Source of the DNA: the human T2T-CHM13v2.0 reference genome, Homo sapiens
Length of the DNA stretch: 64,000 nucleotides
Direction: 5' to 3' (one strand)
Assembly: GCF_009914755.1 (NCBI RefSeq)
Contig: NC_060925.1
Below are positions 1 through 18,142 of the stretch, one piece after another (position 1 is the stretch's first letter; each line of letters opens with the position of its first letter). The translations under genes were made by a program, and so were the position numbers. Under the pieces are notes generated by a model. It did not search any database. It saw nothing but the letters and a program-made list of their open reading frames with translations, and was not told the origin of the DNA.

Positions 1-370
1 ATACATGCAGTATTTGTCCTTTTGTGATTGGCTTACATCATTTAGCATAATGTTCTCAAGGGTCATCCAGGTTGTAGCATGTGTCAGAATTTCCTTCCTT
101 TTTAAGTCTGAACAATACTCCATTGTATGTGTTTACAACACATTTTGCTTATCTTTTCACTCATTTGATAGACATCAGGGCTGCTTCCACCTTTTGGTTG
201 TTATGAATATTGTTGCCATGAATGTTGGCATACAAATATCTATTCTATTGCCAAATATGTACAACTAATATGTATCAATAAAACACTTTAAAAAAAAAGA
301 AAAAAAAACTGTTCTAGTTCTTGCTTTCACTTCTTTTGAGTATATAACCCGAAGTGAAATTGCTAGATTA
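1..370 (-). mobile_element. Old L1M (L1MB-like) 3' fragment, interrupted at ~245-308 by a short plus-strand L1 3' tail with polyA
   Basis: Typical reverse-strand L1M 3' sequence (catccaggttgtagcatgtgtcagaatttccttcc). Inserted aaatatgtacaactaatatgtatcaataaaa + A-tract resembles the L1MA tail at 6520-6560. Confidence 0.65.
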
Positions 371-1084
371 TATATCACAATTTTATGTTTTTATAATATA
401 GTGTTAAAATTGATGATAAACTCATAATTTTGTGTCAAATTGTAAGCATTTTCCAATGTCATTATAGACTCTTAAATGATGGTTTTTAATGATGGCCTAG
501 TATTTACTCCAGTATTTCAGTATTCTGTTCTTGGATATTTTGATTGCTTCCAAATTTTCACTATTACAATACTGTAATGAACATCATATACACAAATCTT
601 TGAATATTTATCTGATAATTTCCTTAATATGATAAACTCCTAGAGGTAAGATTACTGAGTCAGAGCTATGAACATTTTAAAAACCCTTGTTGTATATTCA
701 TAATTTTTATAAGGTTTGCTCCAATTTAGTACCCCTCCAGTAGTGTCGAGCCCATCTCACTCCACATTTCTCAAAAAATAATTCATTCTTTTTGCGATAT
801 GTTGTCCCAGGTAACTGAGCCACCAACAATACATTTGTGGTCCTGGCTTCCCAAGAACTTTGGAGGTTGTAGGTAAAAGGGGCAGGTTAAAAGGAGGATT
901 TGGGAAGGCTTATTGGAGGAAAATAATAGAAACTGGCAATTTCTTGTGTGAGAAAATAGGAGAGTACGTTGGTGAGTGTGGGAAGATGTGGTGCAGATGG
1001 GAGAAGGGAGAGAATGGGGCACCAATATTTGTGGAACATCTCTGCGTGAAAGTTGCTTGACATATACTAGTAATACCCCAACCT

Positions 1085-1235
1085 TTCTTGAGGGAAATAT
1101 TATAATTCTCATTTTCTAGTGAGGAAACCAAAGCTCAGAAAGAGCCTTAGATCCAAAGCCACACAGATGGTAGGTGGCAGAGCCAGGATTGAACCCAGGT
1201 CTATCTGTCCCTCTGACACTGGCATCTTTCTACTA
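1085..1235 (+). mobile_element. MIR SINE fragment
   Basis: MIR core-like words (gaggaaaccaaagctcaga, cagagccaggattgaacccaggtct). Confidence 0.6.
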
Positions 1236-3072
1236 CACCATGATGCTCTCAGGAGATGATCAGCACTCTGAGATAGAAGAGGGGAGATAAATTTCAAATT
1301 CAAAACTGAAAAAGCTTGGCATATCCAAATTTTATTATTAGTTCTTGGGTCTTGGGAGAGGTTAGGGTTGCCATTCTGTGTAGGGGGAATGAAAGGTGCC
1401 TCCATTTGATGGCCAAATTTTCCTCTGAAGAAGTGTGGGCTTAGCACTTGTGGTATGCCACCAAGCTGGATAAACTGATTGGTTTCAACAGATACCACAA
1501 ATAACAGCAGAGCCACCTGCAGGCCCACATCCACCTAGGTGCTTATGTAAGTGTGTAGAGCAGAGAAATCAACAGATTAATCTGATAGCAAAACCCTAGA
1601 GGAGAGGCAGAATGCCAGAACCAGTTAAGTGAGAAAGATCAGGTCATGGCTTAAAAAAATATGTCTGTGGTTTACCACACATTCCTGCATTGCTGTTTAA
1701 TTTTGAGATAAACAACGCCCTTTGTTAAGTGAAGGTGTGACTGAATTTTTTATTGATTGTGGGTAAGGTGGTGTAATTGAATTTTACGACATTTATTTAT
1801 AAGACAAACAGACACTTCAACAGTAGGTATGGCTTTTAATCTTATCATGAAATTGATGGTAATTAGAAGAGTGAGTTCCTGGCTGGTGTATCATGGAACA
1901 CAGAAGTGGATTTTAGTTGTCTGTTTTATGAGGGCAACTATGTGTTTGTTGTGAGTAGCAGGCAGTGGAAAAAGATCCCTGATGAAATGAGAGAGGTTGC
2001 TTTGGGAGAGGGAGGTTATGGTTATGAAGAGTAGAGTTCCTTTACAAATATATTTCTCTGCACCTGAAAATGTGGCCCAAAAAGCCATTTGCAGAATTGA
2101 TGATGGCTGTAATAGAGCTATCTGGAACTATATAAAGGCTAAGATTAGTTTGGGAGTTCACAGGTAGAGGGCATGGGTTTTTGCACTCTGAGCTAAGATT
2201 CCTTGGTTATTTCAATATATTTCTCATCTATTAACTTCATGCTAGCTCCTTGACTAGAGCTCCTTAGGCTAGAGCCTAAGTCTGGTTCATTTTACATTAT
2301 GGCTAGCACAAATCTGGTGTTCACAAATTCATAGTAATATACAAATCAGCATATAACATAGCATTCTGTATTATTTGTGACTATTTATATATGGGATTAG
2401 TGTTGAAAAATGAGGTAGATTTCAGCCTGCATATGGGATTTTTCCTCTGCAGATAGTGACTTCCTCTTGAAATAAAAATAAAAAGAACCTAAATGATGAG
2501 TATGTCATGATACATGATGAAATGTATCATAAAACAACAAAAAGGTTTTTCTTGTCAATGTGGCTCCAATTGTTTTAGTTTGTTAAATGTTCCTCTCTAA
2601 GTCAGATGCAATAATTGGAAATGGTTGACTATGCCCTCTCCAGTGACACATGCCCTCCCTTCCTCTGCCTGAATCCTGTGGGAAAATAAGCCAATTAGAG
2701 ATCGATTTCATATCCTCTTATCTAGCAGCTTAGTTTTGAGTGGGAGAGAAATGGAACAGTGAGAAGCTGATGGACAGGACAGGGGCTTGGGAGAGAAGGC
2801 AGGAGGGTTGGTGTTACATTGGTACATTTAGAATAATACATGGATTTAGCCCTAGTCCTTAGGTTTTCTTTGAGATGGAAATCCCCAGGTTGAGCTGTGG
2901 TCTAGAACACCTGCTAGAAGCCACAATTATATTCATAGAATGAAAGTCTAGCCCATGAGAATCTTCTATATTGGGTGATGGTCTGTCTGATTAGGACCAT
3001 TTGTATCTTTTTCTCTTTCTTTAAACATTCTTTGCTTTATAAATGGCCTTAAAAATGCTTCACTTAAAACTT

Positions 3073-4090
3073 ATTTTCTGTATCCAGTCTATAGCTGATG
3101 GGCATTTGGGTTGATTCCATGTCCTTGCTATTGTGAATAGAGCTGCAATGAACAAACAAGTGCATGTATCCTCATAATAGAATGATTTATATTCCTTTGA
3201 GTATATACCCAGTAATGGGATTGCTAGGTCAAATGGAAGTTCTTCTTCTAGATCTTTGAGGAATCACCACACTGCCTTCTGCAATGTTTGGACTAATTTA
3301 CACTCCCACCAACAGCGTAAAAGCGTTCCTTTTTCTCCACAACCTCGCCAATATCTGTTGTTTCTTGATTTTTTCATAATTGTCATTCTGACTGGAGTGA
3401 GATGATTGGTATCTCATTGTGGTTTTGATTTGCATTTCTTTAATGATCAGTGATGTTGATCCTGTTTTCATGTTTGTTTGTTGGCTGCATGAATGTCTTA
3501 TTTTGAGAAGTGTCTGTTCATGTCCTTTGTCCACTTTTTAGTGGGGTTGTTTGTTTTCTTCTAGTAAGTATGTTTAAGTTCCCTGTAGACTCTGGATATT
3601 AGACCTTTGTCAGATGGATAGATTGCAAAATTTTTCACCCCCTCTGTAGGTTTTCTATTCACTCCGATGATAGTTTCTTTGATAGACTGGATAAAGAAAA
3701 TGTTAGTACATAACACCCTGGAATATTATGCAGTCATAAGATGGAAGGAAGGAGATCATGTCCTTTGCAGGGACATGGATGGAGCAGGAAGCCATTATCC
3801 TCAGCAAACTGATGCAGGAACAGAAAATCAAATGCCACATGTTCTCACTTATAAGTGGGAGCTAAATGATGAGAACACATGGACACATAGAGGGGAACAA
3901 CACACACTGGGGTCTGGCAGAGCAGGGAGGGATAGCATCAGGAAGAATTACTAATGGATGCTGGGGTTTAATACCTAGGTGATGGGTTGATCTGTGCAGC
4001 AAATCACCATGGCACATGCTTACCTGTGTAACAAATCTGCACATCCTGCACATGTACCCCAGGAAATGAAAGTTGATGAAAAAAAAAAAG
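3073..4090. mobile_element. 5'-inverted L1 (older L1PA, ~L1PA12-16): 3073-3680 minus, 3681-4090 plus with polyA
   Basis: Minus-strand ORF2 C-terminal remnant ([10 protein letters not shown]) switches at ~3681 to plus-strand ORF2 end (IDWIKKM), 3'UTR and an A-tail at 4078-4090. Confidence 0.8.
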
Positions 4091-4374
4091 ACTTGTTGAG
4101 GGCTTACCCTGCCATGTGTCAGGCACTTTTAAATAAATATATGGATTTAGCTATTCTCACAACTACCTGTGAGGAAATACCATTATTTTCTCCACTTTAG
4201 AGATGAGATAATTAACGCATGTGCCTTGATCAAGGACACATCTCTTCTAAGGTACACAGCCGAGGTTTGAACTTAGGTAAACTTGCTCCCAAGCACACAG
4301 TCCTAACCACCAAACTTTACTAACATGGGCTGCCCTAAATCACTGAAAATAGTCCATAGAAGCTATTCCACAAT

Positions 4375-4545
4375 CATACATATTTGTATAGTATATAGGT
4401 GTATATGCATATATAGTTTGCAAAAGGTCTATATTGTGTATGTTTTGCATATAGATATACAATTTATAGATATAATTTACATATAAATTTGCACATATAG
4501 ACATACACTTTCATATAGATGTCTGTATGGTAATTTGCCTATAGA
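4375..4545. repeat. Degenerate (TA)-rich low-complexity tract
   Basis: Repeated atatag/tatac units. Confidence 0.6.
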
Positions 4546-4787
4546 AGAGGGTCTAGAGGAATTAAATAACAGTGGTTATTTCTGGTATTGGTTTTTTAAA
4601 ATATTAATCTCTTTGCTTGTGTCTTTTTTGATTTCTCTGTGATAAATATATGATGGTTCATAGCTAATTTTTCTTACTTTAAAAAAGGATTTGTATTTCT
4701 TTATTTAGGAAATTTAAAAATATGCATTGACTGAGTTCCTGCTTGCTCAGTACAAAATTATACAAAGCCTGAGAAAACCTTGGGTTG

Positions 4788-6570
4788 GACATAGACCAAT
4801 GGAATAGAACAGTGAACTCAGAGATAAGTTTACATATTTACAGCCAGTTGATTTTTCAGCAAAGTTACCAAGAACATACACTAGGGAAAGGACACCCTCT
4901 TCCATAAATAGTGCTGGGAAACCTGGATAACCATTTACAGAAGACTGAAACTAGACCCCTATCTTTTACCGTATATGAAAATCAACTCAAACTGGATTAA
5001 AGACTTAAACATAAAACTCAAAGCTATAAAACTACTGAAAGAAAACAGGGAAAATATTTCAGGACATTGGTCTGAACAAAGATTTTATGGCTAAGACTTC
5101 AAAAGGACAAGCAACTAAATCAAAAATAGGCAAATGGCACTATGTTAAACTAAAAAGCTTCCGCGCAGCAAAGGAAACAAAAGAGTAAAAAGACAACGTG
5201 TAGAAGGGGAGAAAATATTTGCAAACTATTCACTGATAGGGGACTAATATCCAAAGCATACAAGGAACTCAACTCAACAACAAATAATCCTATTAAAAAT
5301 GGGCAAAGGATCTGAATAGACATTCCTCAAAAGGAGACAGACAAATGGCTAACAGCTATATGAAAAAATGCCCAACATCACTAGTCATTAGGGAAATGAA
5401 AATCAAAACCACAATGAGATATCATTTTACCCCAGTTAAAAGGACTGTTAGACAAAAAATAACAAGTGCTGGTGAGGATGTGGAAAAAAGGGAACTCTTA
5501 TACACTGTTGGTGGGAATGTAAATTAGTACAACCATTATGTAAAACAGTACGAAGTTTTCTCAAAAAACTAAAAATAGAACTACCATATAATTCAGCAGT
5601 CCCACTACCCGGGATGTATCTAAAGAAAAGGAAATCAGTATATCAAAGGGATACCTGCAACTGCATGTTTTTTGCCACACTATTCACAGTAGCCAAGACA
5701 TGGAATCAACCTAAATGTCCATCAACAAATGAATGGATAATGACCATGTGTGTATATACAAAATGAAATACTATTCAGTCTAAAAAAGAATGAAATCCTG
5801 TCATTCACAGCAACATGGATGAGCCTGGAGGACATTACATTAAGTGAAATGTCAGGAACAGAAAGATAAAGACCACGTGTTCTTTTTCGCATGTGGGGGT
5901 AAAAATAAATTGATCCCATGGAAGTAGAGAGTAGAATTGGGGGCATTAGAGGTTGGAAAGAGTAGAGGGGAGGGGAGGATTGGGAGAGGTTGCCTAACAG
6001 ATACAAAATTACAGCTAGATAGGAGGAGTGAATTCTAATGTTCCACAGTAGCAGGCTCCGGCATTTTGGCACCAGGGACTGGTTTGTGGAAGACAATTTT
6101 TCCAAGGTCCCCAAGGGCTGAGGGGATGGTTTAGGGATGAAACTGTTCCACCTCAGATCATCAGGTCTTAGCTTCTCATAAGGATCATGCAAACTAGATC
6201 CCTTGCATGTGCAGTTCACAATAGTGTTCGACAGGAGGCAGAGCTCTGGCGGTAATGCTCACTCTGCTGCCGCTCACCTCCTGCTGTGTGGCCTGTTTCC
6301 TAACAAACCATGGACTTGGGTACCCTTGTTCTATAGCATTGTATGGTGAATATAGTCAACGATAATTTATTGTCTATGTTCTAAAAGCTAGAAGGGAGGA
6401 TTCTGAATGTTCCTAACACAAATAAGTGACAATTGTTTGAGGTGATGGATATGCTAATTACCCTAATTTGATCATTATGCATTGTGTATATGTATCAGAA
6501 TATTACTCTATACCCCATAAATATGTACAATTATTATGTATCAACTAAAAATAAGAGGAAAAAAAATCCA
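4788..6570 (+). mobile_element. L1MA-type LINE 3' portion (decayed ORF2 C-terminus + 3'UTR), interrupted by MER1B
   Basis: ORF2 remnant [26 protein letters not shown]1MA-type 3'UTR, A-rich end. Confidence 0.8.
6049..6328. mobile_element. MER1B-like hAT-Charlie non-autonomous DNA transposon
   Basis: ttttggcaccagggactggtttgtggaagacaatttttcc ... aaactgttccacctcagatcatcagg. Degenerate 8-bp TSD ttccacag (6041-6048) / ttctatag (6329-6336). Confidence 0.8.
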
Positions 6571-7557
6571 AAACAAACACAAAAATCCTGGGTCTGGTAC
6601 ACCACCTGGCTCTCTGGTTACCTAACTGATTTACTTTTCTTTTCTAAACAGAACACCAGAGAATTCCAAAAGTACATGTTACTATGTTGCCACCCAGGAC
6701 ACCTCTCCAAAAAGTATTCCTCTTTTTGTCACTTTCTAGTATCAGCTCTTTTCCAGAGAATCCCTAGATAAACCAGAACCAGTGTCTTCTCTGCATTTCA
6801 CCCAGAGCCATGGGCTCATAACCACCCGATAGTACCATGGAATGGGGAGCCTCTCCCCTGGAGGGTGTTTAGTGCTGTGAAAAGAAGGTCCAGAGGCCCC
6901 TTTCAGCCATGATGGATAGGAGGTGATGCTGCCTTGAAAGTTTAGCCTTGTCTGTTCCAACAGGCCCACACCCTCACCCTCATCCCCTCTAAAAGAACTG
7001 GGCCTTGTGGATCTGTAAGCCTCTCACCACTCATGCAGACCCTAGGGGCAAAGCCATTCGGCTGCTTTAGTTTCTTAGCTTTTTTTCCCTCCATTGAATG
7101 GAAGTAGGTAAGAATAGGATGTGCTCATTCCAGCCCGAACTCTGCTTACTTTCTAAAGATGTGGCCAAGGGAATCATCATTTATTAATTATTTGTAGCTC
7201 GTGGATAAATGGGGAACACTGAGGACGTGTCACACAGAGCTGAGTGGTGGCCTACATCAGTCCTGGGAGTTGAATCCACAGCCTTCTGTGAGTGACCAGG
7301 ACAACAGCAGGCTATAGCCTTGGTCTCAGGGCTCCTAGGAGAAGTGCACAGACCATCACTTTCTGCCTTGAGGAGGGAGAGCCACAGGATGTTGACCTCC
7401 CTGCCTCTCTGTAGGGACTGCTCCAGAAATGTGCTTTCCCAGGTGGGATAATCAGGACATCCTCACACAGTGTGCCAAGGCCCTGGAAATGATGTAGATG
7501 TATAGTTGCTGGAAGACAGTTGCCAGTAGGAGTGGCTCCATGAAGGGCACTCCTTAA

Positions 7558-7593
7558 ACACACACACACACACGCATGCACACACACACACAC
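7558..7593. repeat. (CA)n microsatellite
   Basis: Directly visible. Confidence 0.9.
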
Positions 7594-8014
7594 TCAGCCC
7601 CAAGGCTCAGAGCAGCCTGGGGCTGCTCTCACTACTGGTAGCTTCACTAGTGAGGGTTCAGGGCCACTTACTCTGGGTGCTGCTGTGCCCAAGACCACAC
7701 CACTGAGCCCATTCCCACGTCTGATGCCACCTTCCTTCCTATTCCAGCAAAATCACATTTACTACCAGAGCTCCTTTACAGGTATTAGTCGTAACTGCCA
7801 CCAGGGGACAGCAGCACAGTATACTTGCTGTCTATGCAGACTGGGAAGCTACCTGGTGAAAGAGGTTTTCTGGGCCTTTGTAGTGAGTCTTCAGCCCTGA
7901 GTGTCCCTGAGGACAGGGCCATTTTACACACTATGACCAATCCAATGTGACTGGGACTTATGAGCTCTGCAAGAGCCAACAAAAATATTTGAATCAAAAA
8001 TAAATAGATAGGGG

Positions 8015-12235
<4,221 letters not shown>

Positions 12236-14095
12236 AAAATGTAGATATCTTTCCATAGGTATACCTGTGTGTCAGCTCCAAAATAAATGTGCAATGGAAA
12301 TCTATAAACATTTAAATTTAAATGTCTAGATATAAAGCTCTGTGAATCTCATTTATTGTTAAATTTAGTAGTAATAAAAAATTCTTACTTGTTAAGCAAT
12401 TTTAATGTATATATTTTTTCAAAAACGTGCTCTGTAGTTGCAAAGAAGTCATAGCTAAAATGAGGCAAATGTACAACTTATGTCCTAATTCCAAAAACAA
12501 AACTATAAAATTTTTTTCAAAAAATTGTCAGCAAAAATTGTATTTAAGTGGTCTGTGTGTACATTTTAATGTGTTTGATATGATTTGGAAGGATGATTAC
12601 TCTATCCTTTGAACAAAATAGAGTCTGTCTCAGAAAGTGTAAATACTTCATTCCCATCAAGTCTCTGTATTTTCCACAAATTTTCCCTCTTGTCTAAAAT
12701 AACGTGCACATTTTTTGAAAGAAGCCTCTATGTGCAAACTTTAAAAGTCAAGGATGGCCAGTAAGTCCCTACAGGAGATGGAGGGGGTGGGCCTGAGATG
12801 GAGCAGCCTAGTTGCCTTGAATGTTACATGAATGCTTAAACAGGGGTTTAGGGCCCCTCTCTTAGGCCTCTGGGCTCTGAACTACTTTGAGAGAACATCC
12901 TTCTTGAGTCATAGACACATCTGTCAAACCTTAACTGTTGAAAGGAATGGTCACTCATAATCTTCCTATTCTTGCAAGGTCCTAGGAACATGGATGCTGA
13001 GATGGTGTCTTCTCCATATTTTCATGGCCAGACTTCCTGTTAAGGCTGGAGGTGAGAAGTGGAAGGACCACTTTCTACGGCTTCCTCCCCAGCCCCTTTG
13101 GATGGATCTTCATACACTCTGGTGCCCTTTCTTATCTGTGAGGTTTGACCTGACACTGAGTTGAGAGTCCGAGGACCTGGGTTTAGTCCTATTTCTGCCT
13201 CTTTCTTTCTAACTGCATAACTTTTGACAACACTAAAGAAACTCCATTTTCTTATTTGCTATGAGCTTGATTATGTCTATGTTTCCACAGTCACATGTCT
13301 GTGTAGGGATTATGTTAATTTATGTATGTGACAGGAAAGATTAGGATATTCAATTCCTTTAACAAATAATTATTGAATGCTAGGCACTACTTCAGACACC
13401 AAAGCAACAGCAGGAACAAAACAGGCACATGTAGTATTGCTGAACTGTACCAAATTCCTCTCCACTGAGGCTCATTTTGCATTCCCACCAGAAGGTGTGA
13501 AAATGCCTGCTTTACCTCATCATCATCTATTCTCAAACTTGTAGATTTTTGTCAAGCTGATAGTGAGAATGGTATCTCAAACTAGTATAGTTTTGGTTTA
13601 TGCTTCTAGTATTACAAACAAGCTTTAGCATCTTTTCATATATTTAAGCATCATTTGTATTTTTTGTGAGCTATCTGTTTGTATCTTTTGCCCATTCTTA
13701 TTTCTTATTTTGTGTGTTTGTGCCTTCTTACCCCACCTTTTTCACTCTTTTCAAAATTAGGTTGGTTTTTCTACTTGTTGATTCCAAAAAAAAAAAAAAA
13801 GAGGATTATCTATTCATTTACTTACTTATTTAGTTGTTGACTGTTTTGTGAACTTATACTTTTATTAATTTTTATGGGGAATTCATGTAGCTGTGTTCTA
13901 CAGATCCTTATATGTCTAGTTTAATTATCATTTTCTAAAAATTCTGCAATTTCATTTTATTTTCAGTTCCTTTTATTCAACAGTTTTAAAATAATATGTG
14001 TGTGTGTGTTTATATATATGTTTTTAATTTCCAACAACAACACAGATTTGGTAAAATCCATCACTATTACATGTTCTTTTAAGAATGCTATTTGT

Positions 14096-14840
<745 letters not shown>

Positions 14841-16221
14841 TATTTCTATTTTTGAATAATGCATTGAAGTTTTCTTTGTGACCTGATATTGAATATTTCA
14901 TGTGTAGACGGTATAGTTTTTTCTTGTTAGGTTAATACATTGCTGGACTATATGTCTGTAGAGTTCTTTATATCTTATTGAATGTACTGTTTCTTCTCTA
15001 CACTTACTGTCTTGAGCTGAGAGAGATGATTAAAGTGCCCTATTATTACTATGTTATTTTCTTTAAGTTTTTCCTTGTATCTCTTATAGTTTCTGTGTCA
15101 TCAGAGTTGTGCTACATTATTGAATGCATAGATATTAAAAACCATTATATCTTCATTGTGAAATTATAGCATTTGGCATTTTAAAGCTTCCTTCTTAGTC
15201 TTATTTAATGCCTTTTGATCTAATCTGGGATCAAGATCATGACTCCTGATTTCTAAATTTTGTTTTAACCTGCATTTTCCTGATATATATTAACTCAACC
15301 ACCCTGTTTACAAATTGTTTTCTGACTCTCTTTGATTTGCACACCTCTTGTAAGGAGCATAGACTTGTATAGAGCTAATATGCAACTTGTTCATCTAGTA
15401 GTGAGTTAAGCTCTTGACATTATTGTTATAAATATGTTTGACCTCAGTCTATCACGCTCTTTTATGTCCTATTTATGAAAATATGTATCTTTTACATAAA
15501 TAACATCATCCACTCTGTTATCTGTGTTATTTGCTTTTTTCTAGAATGTCTTTTGGTGTTGAGGAAGGTTTGTATTTGTGTTGTTATCTTATAGTACATC
15601 TTTATGTAATATGTATTCTGTATTCCCCCTTCCCTTTAATAAATGGCATATTCACTCTCCACTCTAAGTAATGATGGAATTTTCTGGAAATTTTCACCTT
15701 ACCCTCCTTCTTCCTTTCTCAGTATCTAATGTGAAGTGATATCCTTTCACTCCCAGTTTTTCCTTGTAAGCATATGCTTATATTAAGACAATCAGGGAGC
15801 TCATTCTACTTTCTGTATGCTTTCTCTTTCTCCCTTCATTTTTTTGTTAGCTGTATTGTATTTAAATTTTCAGTGCATATAACATGAAATGCTATTCTGT
15901 CACCTTTATCCACATTATGTAGTCTTAGTTCTACAGTGGAATATATTTAAATGTGCATCATCAGATTGTATGCCAAACAGTTCTGTGATTCTGGGTTTAG
16001 TGTGTATGTATGTGCGCTGATTCTCTAGTAGATTCCCCAGAAAGGGCTTATGGGAGCAATATTCCCTGAGTCTTTGCATTTTCTTTGCTGTTTTTCTTTG
16101 GCCTTTATGCTTATAAGCCAGCATGAATTGATATAAAATCAATTTGTCCTCAGAAGAACAACCTTGCCTTTCACACATTCACCCTTTACTACTCTGGCTC
16201 CAGCTCTAGGTTTTTGCTTGG

Positions 16222-16670
16222 TGTGTTAGTTTTCTATCACTACTGTAGCAGTTTACCATAAACTTAATGCCTTAAAATGACAAAAATTTTATTCTCTTAC
16301 AGGCCTGAAGGTCAGGAGTCTAAAACTGAGGTGGCAGAAGGGCTATGTTACTTCTGAAGGCTCTAGAGGAAAGTGTCTTGCATTTCCAGATTCTATTCTC
16401 CACACATTCTTTGGCTCATAGCACATGGCTACAGCCGCTGGTTTCATCACCACACTTCCTTTTACTGACTTTGATCCTCTTGTCTCACTCTTGTAAGGAA
16501 CCTTGTGATTATATTGGACTCACCCAGATAATCCAGAATAACCCCCCACCATCTCAAGATTCCTAACTTAATCACATCTGTGAAGTCCCTTTCTTGCCAT
16601 ATAAAGTGACATATTCACAGGTTTCTGAGATTAAGTCCCGGACGTCTTTGGAGGTTGTTATTTAGCCTAC
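16222..16670 (-). mobile_element. MLT1-family MaLR solo LTR
   Basis: MLT1-like words (atttattctcttacag...tcaggagtctaaaa; cccagataatccagaataa; taatcacatctgtgaagtccc). Confidence 0.7.
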
Positions 16671-16873
16671 GTGTTGTTTTTGTTTGGTTGTTGTTTATTC
16701 CACATTTTGTTTTTTCCTTAGCGATTTCCCTTACTTCCTGTAAACCAGTAACACAGTGAAAAAAATGCTTTATGCAGGATCTAGTTATTTTGTCTTGGGA
16801 AATCTTTCAGATTATCTAGTCTTCTGTACTGACAAAAGCACAAGACCCCCAAGAAGTTTCTAAACAATATTAA

Positions 16874-17215
<342 letters not shown>

Positions 17216-17806
17216 CTATAAATCTTTATTTTAAAACTGTTCTTCTGGTCACTCTTAAAATAAACCAGAATTGATAGTCTCTACCCCATAACATGGTTTA
17301 TATCTGGTGGGTGAGACATCATGAGAGGTCAGAGCTGACACTGAGGGGGAGGTAGGAAGGGAAGCACAAAATTCTGGCCCCTGGCTCAGTACCTGGTAAC
17401 ACAAGCTTTCTCGCTCTTTCCCTACACAGCCACTGGGGGCCTTCTTCCATTTCTTGGTAATCTTAAATCAGCTTTCCTGTGTGACCTTACAGGTGAATAG
17501 CGGTTTAACGCTATAGAATTAGAGGTAGTGAAAGACCAAGAGGAATTTTGCCTATCTATCTAAATACTAATTGTCTTTTCAGGGCCATCATAAAGAAAGC
17601 GCCTTTTGTATGAAACCTTTGCTGGTCCATCTCTGCCAAGTATTAAGTATGATATATAGCAGGAATCTCATATAATATTTTCTCAACTAGTTGCTCTTCA
17701 AAGGTAGGGACTATGTCCAGTTCATCATCTCATAACTCTACAGCCTTTGGCCTGTAATATCAATAGAAGGTGGTTGAATGAGACACAGAGGCCAGTGGCT
17801 TAAGGT

Positions 17807-17812
17807 TTTATT
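17807..17812 (-). terminator. CRNN: CRNN polyadenylation signal AATAAA (cleavage ~17790)
   Basis: tttatt on plus strand ~330 nt after the stop codon, followed on the minus strand by a GU/U-rich element (ctctgtgtctc). Confidence 0.8.
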
Positions 17813-18142
17813 GATGCATTAGGGTAGATGGGGCAATAGAGAGATGTCAGAGATAAAAATAGTCCTGAAACCCCCCACAAGATGAGGACAATTCAGTACA
17901 AAGGGGTGACTTGCTCTGAGTCTTCCTGCTCCTGAGAGGGTCTGCACCGCAAAGCAGGTAAGAAAGAAGAGTTCAGGATAGAAAGCTCCTTGCAGAAATT
18001 ATCTCATTGAGAAAGACCTAAAAGGGAAGCTGCATAATGAAGAGCTGATGTCCAGGGATGCACCCACTGGATTGGCCATGCAGGACAAGCCAAACTCTCT
18101 CCAGCTGTCTTCTTCCAGTACTGGACATTGGAGTCGGGGAAG

